Shown piece by piece: positions 38,654 through 51,146 of a DNA stretch of 64,000 bases (within the stretch, counting starts at the first letter, position 1; the number at the start of each line of letters is the position of its first letter). A model generated the notes under the pieces. It was not told where the DNA came from. It searched no databases and saw only the letters and a program-made list of their open reading frames with translations. Position numbers and translations under genes: made by a program. The stretch lies in the NCBI GenBank assembly GCA_030704615.1, contig CM060731.1, positions 42,284,001 to 42,348,000 of the forward strand, written 5' to 3'. This stretch comes from Takakia lepidozioides. Taxonomy: Eukaryota > Plantae > Bryophyta.

Positions 38654-40860
38654 ATAAGAGGAGTCTGTAGAAATCAAAACAGGCTTCTTCCAAGTCAGGG
38701 GGCATACATAAATCTTCCGCACTGTAGGTTTATGTGTATCCTTGGCTAGCAGGCTTAGCACCTTTTTTGTCACATGAGTGGGAACAGGAAAGCTGATTAC
38801 CTGACCTCGACTGACTTCCAGTAACGCCCATGAAGGGTGACAAGCTAGTGTTTTCTGTTCCTTGAACGGGAATTTGAACTCCAGAACTGTAGATGTTCTT
38901 AAATAACCTCAAATTTGAGACCTGTCTTGGAACTGTGAGACATCTCCCATGAATGACTTGAGGCCCTCCAGTTGCATGTTGATAGCATACACTTCATCTC
39001 TTTGGTGGAGAGGCAAGACGAGACATAGACGTTCTTGACATATTCTTTCTTCTTTTGGCATTCTTTTAGCATTCCATACTGTGAAGCAGGGCAGCTCTTT
39101 TCTTGCCCACCAATGTGAACAGCGAATCTGCATTCTATATGCTTCCATGGTGCACAGAAATGTTATTGCGTTGTCAGTTGCCTGGGTGACCATTCACAAA
39201 TATCCCTGGAGTAACGTACCTCAATGGAGTAGTGAGTGATTGTCATCTTTTCCTCGGGAACCTTCCAGTATACGAGTTCTTGTGAATTTCAACAACTTAT
39301 TACACTTCGTTGTTTGGGTTGGATGATGCAAGCAGTTCCCGTATCTCTCAATGCCTTTCCGCAAGATTCCTAAGACTCTCGCAACACTACTTCTCCAGGT
39401 TAGAATTGTTCCCAAACTGACAGGCCTAAATGGGGGAAAAATGAAGTAACAGTCCTAAACTTACTATGCAGTTGATTACTAGGACTGGGGTGTGCATAAC
39501 ATACCATGTTGAAGGGCCATTGAAGCAGTGATGGTCTCCAGTCTCCACCATCGTCTTCCACACCCACCGTCGGCTTCTTTCCCAGGCGGCGAGAGAAGGC
39601 GAGAGAAGGCGAGAGAATACTCATCCGTCCAGATATGTTCATCCATCTATGGGAATATACACATATATATTTCGTTGGGGAAAAGAACAAATGTTTTCTC
39701 GTGCGCGAGGGTCCCGAGAAGCTAGGGCGGAAGCGAAGGCGAGGGAGACGAGCATACTTACCGCAGCAGGTCTGGCGTGGCGCTCTGATTTGTTTGCACA
39801 GAAGAATCGGTGCAGGAGCGGCGGCAGGTAAGCTGGCAAGGATCCTGCGTCTGTATCTTTTCTGTTGATCATTATCTTGAACTTTGTAATAGCAGCGGAC
39901 GGTTGTCTTTCGAGGTTTCGGTGGTTAGATTAGACTGTAACCATGTGTGTCTGCTTTTAGTGAGCAGACGCGTATGTGTGTGGTATTGGTCGTTTGGTGC
40001 GGAGATTTTATTCATATTTTTCCTCTAGGCGGGTCCCTTGCTGATCTGAGGGCCATGTCTTTTCATTCTTGAGCTGTTTTTTGCTTAGTTCGGGATGATC
40101 TCGAGTTTGTGTTTATCCTGGATCGCCTGTGTTTGATAGAGTAGTACCGAACCCTAACAAATTCGGTCTGGCGGTGACTGGCGATTTGCGTAGTTCAGCT
40201 ATGGTGTGACAGTTCGCTTGCCCCAGCCATGCGTGTGTCTATCCTCGCCATACAGAGTCTCTCAAACCTCTTTCGAAGAGTACATAGGTCATCGTTGGCT
40301 GATCTTCGTGTAAAGCCCGCCTTCTGTGCTGTTTTCTGTAAAGTCTGTTCTGCGGAACGGCGTTGTTAGTCTTTGGAGGTGTGACTACCTTTGTGCAAGG
40401 GGTCTGTTAGCACATGGGAGCGTGTCACGCATGTTTTGCTGAAACCTGCGACAGAGTTGGAGTGGGTTCAGGGGCTGAGAAACGGCGTGTAGATCAACTA
40501 TGGATGGTACTCGTTAGATCGAGATCAGACGTAGAGAAGGAAAGCGTGTGGATACTCAGAGCACATCGTATGAGAAGGTTTTACAGTAGCAAGTGTCCTT
40601 CTTAAGAGTTGTTATGAAGATGTACTCCCAGCATGAGTCAGAAGTGCATCTGACCGATTCCCTGTTAGTCTGAGGGAGGGCACGGAGGGCATTTAGCTTA
40701 GACTGTAGCTTCCATGGAAGGTATAAGTTTATACAATCTTTTTTCATGCGATTTGCACTTTTCAGGGAAGGATTTGGAGCAGTAGAGGACGTGTTAAGTG
40801 GTTAATTGTCACTTCAACCAAGAAGCCGGTGCGGCCTCGTTATCAGATAAGTAAGGCAAG

Positions 40861-43800
40861 CTGGCGAGAGTCAGACCAGTGTTCTGTGGCAACTTTGAGT
40901 ACGATGCACGACAATCCGAGATTGAGCGCATGTTTACGTCCTTCGGAAAGGTGGACCGTGTTGACATGAAGACAGGCATGCCGCCTCTCCCCATCTATTT
41001 TCTTGCCCAAGAGTTTATTGTTGTGTGCATGATTCTCTTGTTTTTTAGTCTCTGTGTTGTCTCCTCTGCACTGGCAGAGATGACAATCTCTATGTGACTG
41101 TGAGATTGCCTTGGTTGACGTTGAGCCCTTCACCATTTCAGAGAACATGTCATAAAACTTTGTTTCTTTCTCTATTTGTCCCATGCCCTTTGGTAGGGTT
41201 TGCAATTGTCATGCCTCTGCCATTGGCCAGTTTCCCCTGCTGAGTGAAGAAGTATGCTGTCTTCAACTTCTCAGAGTGAATGATGTAGATCACTCTTTAT
41301 CCAGCTTCAAGCAGTTTCTACAAAGTCGACTTTCACATTTATCTTAAGTTGCCCATTACACCACTTGAATGTCTAGAAGCTTGATGCTTGTCCTAATCAG
41401 GGAGCATTTCAAACAAAGATATACTAGAAACAGGTAACTCGTCAATTTCATTTTAGGCCAGGGGGAGAATAAATTACTGGACAAATTATTAGCAGTGAAA
41501 AGCTTAACCAACTTAATATAGATGCACAATAATCAAATGAGTGCAGACCATTGTATTGCTATAGAGGTCTCTTTTTGTTTGTTGCTTCTGTTGGTGTGTG
41601 GTTGAAACTTCTTTGTTTCTTCTTCATTTGAGCAAACATAGGCAATCACAAAAGTGGTTTTGTATGAAGTAATAGGATACTCAGGGATGGGTGTGGGAGC
41701 GCAGGCGTGAGCATAGAGAGTTTGGCAGCTCTCATGCTGGCATCTTGGCTGATGCCCCATTTCTTCAAGGCTTCTACTGCCAACACTTGGCTTCAGTCTC
41801 TACCTGATTCTGACCACACCAGTTATCCAACAAAACCTGCAGAAGACAACTTGCATGCACCTTATTATCATCAGATCATCACACTTTTCAATCCATGCGT
41901 GACTTGTCTTCTTTGTGGTGCTGATGTCAGCATCTTCGTATTCACCTCAGCATGCTCGTTGTCTTCGTCATCTTCTGATGCGTGCGTGCAAGGGCTGGTC
42001 ATCTAGATTGTCACCGCCTAAGAGAGTTTATCACCTCAGCATCTCCAATGTCCACCTCAGGATCTGCGTTGTCCATGTCAGCATCTCTGTTTGTCCACAC
42101 GTGCCAGTCGTGTAGATTGTCATCAGACTTCAGACTCGAAGAGGGGAGCAACGTGATCGGTGCAAGCTTGGCTGACCTCTGTCTCTTTGTCAACAGCTCA
42201 CACCTCACTAGACTTCAGTCAATTCATTATTGGCATTCGTGCCACCTGCTTCCTGACATTCCTGACATTGTGCAGCCAACTGTCAACCAATGGTCGCCAG
42301 GTGTTGTTTATCAAGTTTTCCATCATCTCAGATTGATCAAGATTTAACACTTATGAGAGTGGTACTGAATGAAAACAAGTGGCTAAATGTGTGCTACACA
42401 GGCCCAGCTTTTATGGGGTAGACATTGCTAGGGTTGTGATTTCCTTGAGCTCCCTGGATTGGTTGAATGGGGGGTTACTGGATTGAAAGTTGCAGTAGCT
42501 GGTAAGTAAATCACCATATCTGCTAATACTTGGAAATGAGAGTTTTTCATTGTAAATCTCAAAGCTCGGGCTCAGAGCATCAAGTCTGTCATTGTCCCTG
42601 ATGGACACTCACCTATCCTTTTCATTACTATCCGAATTTTCTTTGGGTAAAGTTCTCTGATATTTTTATTTTGGTTGGCCCAGGCTTTGCGTTTGTCTAC
42701 ATGGATGATGAACGCGATGCAGAGGATGCAATTCGCACTCTGGACAATACAGAGTTCGGTAGGCAGCGCCGTCGGCTGTGTGTCGAATGGGCCAAGGTAC
42801 GTTATGGGGATTTACATTGTTGCTGAAGCTATTTTTTGGCTGTGTAGTGTGCTTTTTTCTTGGTCAGCTTTGACAGTGTGGTAGACTTCAGAGATCTTGA
42901 CTGTTTCTTGATTTTGATTGGACAGAAGTATGTGTATTCCAACATGGTCTATCTTGTTTGTATGGATGACTGCATTTTGAGTGTGGCAATGGGATGGTGT
43001 TGGATATTTCTGGAATAGTACAGGAACATGCCGAGCAAATGACCTGTGTTATTTGTTGCAGCAAGCTGATGGTGCGATACGGCGGCGGGAGGATGCTCGA
43101 AGGAGTATCACCAAACAGAGACCCACCAAGACTCTTTTTGTGGTGAATTTTGACCCCATCAATACCCGAGTTCGTGACCTTGAGAGGCACTTTGAACCCT
43201 ATGGGAAGCTGGTCCGTGTGCAAATTCGCAAGAACTTTGGGTTTGTCCAGTACGAGACTCAAGATGAGGCCACCAAAGCCTTGGAGTGCACCAATATGAG
43301 GTATTTCGATGCAGATTTATTGACCAAAAAGGTTTTTCAGGTTAAGTTAGAGAACATATGTTCTGCTTGAGTTTTGTAGAAGGTTATTGGCGTTGATACA
43401 TCATTCAGAGGGTTATTTATCCCAAATACTCCGGCAAGTTGAATTGTACTTCCACACAGAGTCCTTGTAACTGCTTGGACCTAGTAATCACTCTAATTAA
43501 TTGACGTTTTCACCAATGGTCACAACTGGAATATGCTCATATACAAATCAGAGGAATGCCTAGTTGAGTTTGACAATTTTGGATATTGCTAAGTATGATA
43601 TTATCACAATTGAGCTCTACAGAATTGGCAGCTTTAAGGAGTTGTTTGTCTCTCAAATTTTGATTCTATTAAAGCTGCTACCGGAAAAGGGTAGAAGAGA
43701 TTTTCAAGGATCTGAATCTTAGTCCACTAGCCATGACCCTGCTGGATAAATCTGGCTTAGAAGCTGAAGTTTCCGAAGCCATGTCTATTGCCAGGAAATT

Positions 43801-45321
43801 GTCTGAAGAAAATAAAGTTAGGCAGAAAACTTCCCTGAACCTGTTTCCAGTCTGTGACATGGGTGAGGCCATCATGGATGACCTCAAGGGTCTACCCACC
43901 CTCGGCACTAGACTGAAATTCAAACTCAGGGCGGGTAGCCTACCTTTGAACAACAAACAGTCGCAGAGAGGAAAGGGGGATTGTAAGTGCCCGTTGTGTG
44001 GGCAACCTGAAGACAATATTCACTTCCTGATTCATTGTCCTGGGTACTCTCACCAATGGGACACCCTCTTCAATTCCATCAAGGAAATTGTGCCTGTACC
44101 TCTGTTTAACAACTTTGAAAATCCTGAGGCTGAGCCAAAAACCCAGGCCCTTTTGGGGTCTAGCTATTGGGCAAATCACACACATCAGATTGATGCTTGT
44201 GTGAAGGGATTTCTGGAGGATATCTGGAAATCTCGGATCAACTGTTTATTTCAAGGTAAATCATACTACCGGTGTCAGCCCCTGACAAAGGTAGTTTCTG
44301 TCCCTTTATGTTCCGTTCAAACTGGGCGTGGGGTCAATGGCCACAAGGCTACGGCACACAATGTCTTATGAGTACAATCTATTAAAGCTGCTTCAAGCTT
44401 AAGGTTAAGAAGTTTGCAGGTTTCCATCGTCTTTTCGATTTTTTTTGGGCCCACTTCAATGTGACTTCTCTTGAAGTTTTGTGCTTATGTGTTGTTTTCA
44501 CCTTTGCTCTTCTAACCTTGAATATGCTATTTGATTTTGTCATTGTTTACGTCTCAAATGTCCATTCAGAGTTGACAAGGCTCTCACATTGATGCATATT
44601 TTTCTTAGTTGCCGCGACATTATTTGATTTGTGTTGCCTTTCTTCCTCCACTAGAATTATACAGTTTCCAACCTAGACTACCTGGTTGACTGACGCGTAA
44701 GCTTTCCTATTATGCAGCAAGGTGATGGATCGAGTGATAACTGTTGAATACGCAGCACGTGAGGATGGCGAACCTCTAGCCAGTGGTGGCTACGGAGGCC
44801 GAGGTGCTAGCCCTGGTCGGTATGGAGGGACAAGGGGAGTTTCAAGGGGCAGTCCTGACTATGATCGGGCACGAAGTCCTCCCCGAGGTGGGGGACGACA
44901 TCGCAGGTGAGATTCTGGTTCAATCCTTCCTCAGAAAAGAACAGGTTGAATATATCTTTTGATCAAGAGAGACAACTGATCGGAGGGTTGTGAGGACAGT
45001 ACTCTGAAATGAGTGTAGTAGCACATCCTGTTGTACCCCTGAAATGTTTGATTGTGGTTGCTCTCTTTTGTGAAGCTAGTTTGACATGCATGGATCTGTA
45101 ACTAGGCACATGAGAGCACCGTATGCTTCATTTAAGTTGTCAGGAGAGTCTTCCGTGCAATTAGGAATGTTTGCCACAGGGAAGATCTTTTGGAGCTTTG
45201 CCACAGAATATGGAGTTCCGGACCAACCAGTGTGGTATTCCTTTTGTGCAGCCGATCACCGGCTCGACGCTATCGGAGCCGCTCTCCTGACTACCGGCCC
45301 TATTTGGGATCCCATCGTTAG
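40861..45321 (+). CDS. Plant RS-subfamily serine/arginine-rich splicing factor (RS31/RS40-like; two RRMs plus RS tail). Exons 40861-40975, 42684-42796, 43062-43300, 44718-44906, 45252-45321; probable 5'-UTR intron 39828-40765
   Basis: [28 protein letters not shown]|[21 protein letters not shown]|...[36 protein letters not shown]|..[28 protein letters not shown]; first coding intron is GC-AG; start codon is apparently CTG. Confidence 0.92.
43680..44377 (+). mobile_element. 5'-truncated LINE (RTE-X-like C-terminus) in an intron of the SR gene
   Basis: Perfect 15-bp TSD TCTATTAAAGCTGCT (43665-43679, 44378-44392); open ORF 43733..44371 with LRAGSLPL...CPLC...[13 protein letters not shown]; clade assignment is inference. 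Confidence 0.85.
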
Positions 45322-45954
45322 AAAGATCTCTGGGATCATGCTGTCCCTTCTTGTTTGGAGTGTATACTCAACGATAAGACCAGTGAGACTGAGTATTGTT
45401 TGATGTATAGTGAGAAGATTCTAACTTCCAGAATGCTTGTTTGGACACATTGATCATGCATTGCACATGGCAGTCCTCATGGGAGGAAAATAGAATTGTG
45501 TTGGATGGGAGGCTTTGAGGTTGTTAGGGAGTTAGGTCATATGACAGAGTTGCCATCTTTGATGTTTGTGGTGAATACTGCTATGTCAAGAATGATGTAT
45601 CTTCTTGAACTTCTAAGTTGGCACTATGAAATTCTTTTTCTTGATCTGGTCAGGCTCAACTAGGATGGACCAGGCCCCGCATTTAGACAGAGGCTCACCT
45701 GTGACGGCCAAAGTGTTCTGCCATGGTTTCTTCTGTGAAGGTTTGACTGGATGCAGTGCTAAGGATGTCTTTGTATGTATACATTTGGTGAGGTTACTCA
45801 TGTCTGTCCTTCCCCCTTCTCTCTTGCAGGGGCACTCAATCAATTTCTTTGAAGTGCTTTACTTGGCTCTGATTATATAATCTTGTGGGGGTTAAATCTA
45901 CACCTTGGTGATTGACTACTATGACATTACAATGTCCAAGTAATATGGAAGGTC

Positions 45955-48900
45955 TGTGAAGCCTCAAAACGAGCCTGAAGCATATACTCCTTTCCTCTCA
46001 AGAAACAAGTTTTCACAACAAAGGTGCAAGTGGAAAGAGCAGCCGATGCGTGAGAGGAGGATCAAACACGAGGATCTGACACACAGGAGCTCTCATCCAA
46101 AGCTTGGACACCAAAATTACATGTACACTAACACCCGAGTTGACCTTCTGTCAGGGCAAGGTCTTTATACAAAAGCCCTAGCTTTAGTTGCCCGCCGCGT
46201 GGGGAGGCGTCACAAGCCAAAACCTACGGCGTCGCATTGTTACCCTAGATCTGATGAAGGGCCAGGATGTGGCCACCAGCCAAAACTAACCCTAACCTAG
46301 ATATCATTGTAAGCCCCCGCCGCACCTATGAGTTAAGAAGTCAATTAGGTTAGCTAATTGGTGTTAATGGCAAGGTGACGGCCGCACCTGCCGAATACAT
46401 CGCTCGTTAGCTAACCGGTGATTAACTGACATTAAAATTTGTAACGGGGAGAGGCCGAGATTTAACACCTCCTCCATGGAGGTGTTAAACCTCGGTCAGC
46501 AATTAAAAGTCGGGCAGCGGAGCAAGCGTTCTCGTGACCTCGTTCTATCATGAATCAGAGTGCAGGGGCCATCGCATTCTTGATCAACTCGTTCTATCAA
46601 GTGACTTGTTGGGAGCAATCCAACTTTTCCGCTGGTCTATCAAATATACATTCGGATTATGAATTTGTACGTTGCATGTGGGCACAGTCGAGAACCGAGA
46701 GCTAACAAATACCTTCGACAAGAAGCTTCAAGGCACATAATCATACACACTTATTCCAACCCTGCAGGCACTCTAGACCGCATGGTTGATCTGATTCTAT
46801 TTCTGCTCTTTGACGTGCACCAACACGAAGCTTGGCTACACCTTGCAAAACTTGACTACACAAAGGTTTTGTCGCTAGCTGTTCTACACTTAGTTATTCT
46901 GTTGATGGCAATATGCATTAATGTGGGGGATGTAAGCATCCAGGCAACAGTGATGTGTAACCTCGCAGTGATCTTTAAGGGGAATCCGCCATCCTGGCTG
47001 GGCTGAACCCTCCTTCTTTTGTCAAGGAGATACAAAAGCCTTTCTACGAAGCGAATGCACAGCTGTTGACGATTAATGGACTTTTACCAGCACTTGTTGG
47101 GGCCTTGGCTGCAATCAGTGGCCATTGATACTGCTCAAGAGAGCTGAGTCTTACAAAACACAAACTCAAACATACGACTACTAGGCAACCTGCATGTAAT
47201 CGCAGTGGATCACATAAGGGCAGTCTAGGAAAGTTTTGAACTTGGTGCTTTGATTACAAAGTACATCTTCAGTCATATGCTGTGGGTATGAAGACCTTAC
47301 AAAGAGCCAGGCTTTAATTATCAAAGTCTGGTATTTTGCTTCATCATGTCTTTGGGCTCCTCCATATTGTAGCTGAGACTATGCATTCTTGGCAAGGCAT
47401 CCAGTCATCATACAACAGATCAGGCCGGTTTGCTAAGCCCTGTCTGGATTGGTTAAAGTGGACCCTACTATTTTTCATGTTTGTTTGGAGGTCCCTGGCA
47501 TTTATTATTAGCTTAAAAACGGCTGCCATATGTGAATGAAGATCTTGCATATTTCATAATGATATAGGTTGGACAGAGCCACAGACATAGCTTGTGCGCA
47601 CGGGAGGAGAAGAGATGGCGATGTCGTCGTGCGGGCAGGAAATCAGTTCGGGCAGCAGCGCGGCTAACAAACCGCGTTGCACCAGTTAAACTTAACTAGC
47701 ATGTGCGGCCGGCGATTAATTAGCTATCCGGCCAGTCATGTAACTGACCGGTTAGCCTTCGGTTAGCTAACCGGCAGGTGCGGCCGGGGCCTAACTGTTT
47801 AAGGGCATTATACGCCAAAAAATTATACCATGGATGTGTATCGCCGTTTTGGATGAAACAGGCCATTTCTAGCCAAAGCCATCACATCTGCGAAGCCTAC
47901 CCCCCACGAAAAATCCTGAGCTCCGCGAAGGAAAACAATAATAAGGAAATATCACCCTCCACTGCTGGGTGAAAAACCTACCAAGATAAAACTTGGCACC
48001 TGCAAGTTGGGCCGAGGACAAAACCCTTGGCTAGGAAAACCGTGCAGGGAGTACAGATGGTGATATATACCAGGAAACTAAAATGTTTCTAAGTCCTAGA
48101 AAGGTCAAGTCCTAGGACCCCAATAGTCACCATCCGCAAACTAAGACTAAGCCGCTGAAGAGAAGATCAAGCTAAGGTAGATCGGCTAAGAAGATCAAGA
48201 CATCATCCCACCGTGCGCCCCTCCACATTGATACATGTAAGATCAAAAACTAGCTCGGAATGTACTAAGTCCGTCAAGGAAACAGGTTCATCCCGCACTT
48301 CAGTATTAGAGCCTTGTAGAAGAAGGAGAGCACGTTGCCCACATAAAATCTGATAGATCAAGAATGGACCGTCGATCTTGAGCTTAGATTTGCATGCATG
48401 CTTGCCATGCTGTAATCGAACACACATGGTCTGTCCCACCTGAAACAGGTTAGAATACTTGACACGCTTGTTAAAATTACGGGCCTGAGTTCGCTGAGCC
48501 TTACCAATATTCGTTTTGGCATCATGGATAGACACCGCATGTCGAGCATGAAGATCTTCAACAAATGTATCAAGATCAACCGGATCAGCAACAGTAGAGA
48601 TAAGAGGGGTAGAATGCAAAGGAGAAACACATTTGCGACCATACAACAACTTAAAATGAGTCTTCTTGGTGTTAGCATGCTCGACGGTGCGATAAGCAAA
48701 GAGAATAGGGGGAAGAAAGGTATCCCACTCCCTGGTAAGTGCGCCATTCTTCTCCAACATTCGACAAAGAGTTTGGTTGAAGCGTTCCGTAAGGCCATTG
48801 GTCTGGGGATGGTATGGGGTTGTGGTGGAATGCTTAACACCGAAATTGAAGCAAACCACCGTGAGGAGCTGGTTACAAACCTCCTTGCCCTGATCCGTTA

Positions 48901-51146
48901 GTACCTCCCGAGGACACCCATGCCGCATAAGGATCTCATTGAAAAAGAACTGAGCTACAGCATCACTAACCTTGGAACGCAAAAGACCGGACTTCTACCC
49001 ACTAAGTCAAGTAGTCGGTAGCAACACAAAGGTAGCTTCGACCCTTTGATGTGAGTGCGAGGGGTCCTACTAAGTCAATGCCAATACGAGCAAAAGCATG
49101 GGTGACAGGCAAAAGCTGCAACTCATACAAGATCCGGGCCCTAGGGAGAGCAATGTTAGCACGACAACCTTCACACTTAGAGATGAACTTTGTGACGTCC
49201 CGGTGAATGCCCAGCCAATAGTAAACCACTTGGATACGAGCCACGGTTTTCTTGATACCAAGGTGACATGCATACAAGGAACAATGGAAACGCTCCAATA
49301 AAGCATTCAGCTGGCTCCGTGGTGGCACCTCCAAATAGCATGGCACTCCCCCTCTGGTGAGCTCCTTGAAAAGCTTATCACCCATGAAACGGTAAGTAGA
49401 CACATGATAGAGAATTTGTATACCACTCGGAAAGGCCAGCTGGCGAACGCCCTGATTGGCATCGCTGGAGTAGTGCAGCATGTAGCTGATCATCCATGAC
49501 TGCACTGCACATAAGAGGTAGACAATGGGTTTTAGAGAAGGTGGTCTGGAGTGCTTGCACCTATGATCTCCAGCCAGGGATACCTTCACCTCATTTGTTA
49601 CTATTCATGGACAGTCAAATCAGGCCTTGAGGCTCAAGCCAATAGTCACACCGGAGTGCAGCAGCTGAATTACAACATATTCGGGGGCCTAGGAAAGAGA
49701 AGAGTTGAAACACAACAAGGAACTTCCACCAAACTATCCGAATTCTCTCTAAGCAATAAATCCACCACACATACTAACACACGAGTAAATCAACCAAGAT
49801 CATCAAGAAGGCTAGACCAGCCCCAAGCAGCCAATATGCCATTGGAATCCAAGGCAAAGGGGTGCTGATCTGCACAAAGAAGGTTGAGAAGAGGGGCTGC
49901 ATCAGGAGGAGGGGCTGCATCAGCAGCAGCAAGGTCATCCAAGGTAACATAGGCTTGCTGACAGGAGGATCAACCCGTGTAAGCGCATCAGCATTTGTGT
50001 TTTCTTTGCTATTCTTGTAGACATATCCATGTCAAATTCCTGCAGGTACATAGCCCATCTAGCAAGTCTGCCATGAAGTTCATTTGGCTTAACAAGAGCC
50101 TTAAGTGGAAGATGATTAGTCTCTACCACAAACCGGTTGTCATGTAAATATTGCCTGAAATGCTTCACACCAAATACCAGGGCGAGACCCTCCTTATCAG
50201 ATATAGAATAATTTATTTCATGACGATCAAGACGGCGAGATGCATAAGCTATCACATGCTCCTTACCTTCTACAATTTGACATAAGATTGCAGAAATGGC
50301 AACATTTGAGACATCAGTCTGAAGCAAGAAAGATAATTCAAATTTGGGAAACATCAGGATGGGAGCTGAACACAAAGCCTTGTGAAGGGTGTCAAAGGCA
50401 GCTTGCTGGGAGAAGGTCCATTCAAACCTGGCATCCTTGCACAACACTTTGGTTAGAGGGTGAGCAAGCTTGGCAAAAAAAATTATAAAGCGCGTATAAT
50501 AAGAGGCCAGACCAAGGAAGGATTTGATACAATGTTTATCCCTGGGAATAGAATAAACAGACTCAAGCTTGGCAGGATCAGAAATCAAACCATCCTTAGA
50601 GAGGATATGACCAAGAAAATGTAGCTCAGGCATAAACAGCTCACACTTCTTTGGCTTCACTATGAGCCCTATTGTGCGCAATTTGCTGAAAACACGTTGC
50701 AGATCAATCAAGTGAGCATCAAAATTGGCCGAGTACACATTGATATCATCTACATAAATTAAGGCACATTCCCAGCGAAGATTACCCAAGACAATGTCCA
50801 TAAGGCATTGGAATGTGGAGGTGGCATTGCACAAACCAAATGGCATGGTCTCGTAATGGTATCTGCCCATGCGACATACAAATGAGGTCTTTTCCTTGGC
50901 TGCTTCAGTGAGATGAACTTGCCAAAACCTAGATGCAAGATCAAGAGAGGAGAAAATTGTAACACCATGCAATTAATCCAAGGTCTCATTGATCATGGGT
51001 AGTGGGTGGGCATCCTTCTTGGTGATGTCATTCAGTTTTCTGAAGTCAACACAGAAGCGGGTGGTGCCATTTTTCTTACCAACCAGGACAATTGGACTGG
51101 CCCAAGGAGAAACTGAAGGCTTAATCACACCAGCATCTAGCATTTT
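45955..51146 (-). mobile_element. 5'-truncated Ty3/Gypsy LTR retrotransposon (RT, RNase H, integrase, 3' LTR about 45955-48202)
   Basis: SPWASPIVLV..RFCVDFRKLN, MPFGLCNA, YVDDI, LQTDVS, H2C2 zinc motif, LTDQG, YHPQTNGLTERFN in RT-RH-INT order; purine-rich tract before TG at 48202; TG..CA LTR ends inferred because the 5' LTR is absent. Confidence 0.88.
46312..47791. mobile_element. Non-autonomous TIR element (PIF/Harbinger-like) nested in the Gypsy LTR
   Basis: AGCCCCCGCCGCACCT ... AGGTGCGGCCGGGGCC (2 mismatches), TA/TAA flanks, GTTAGCTAA subterminal motifs at both ends. Confidence 0.6.
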
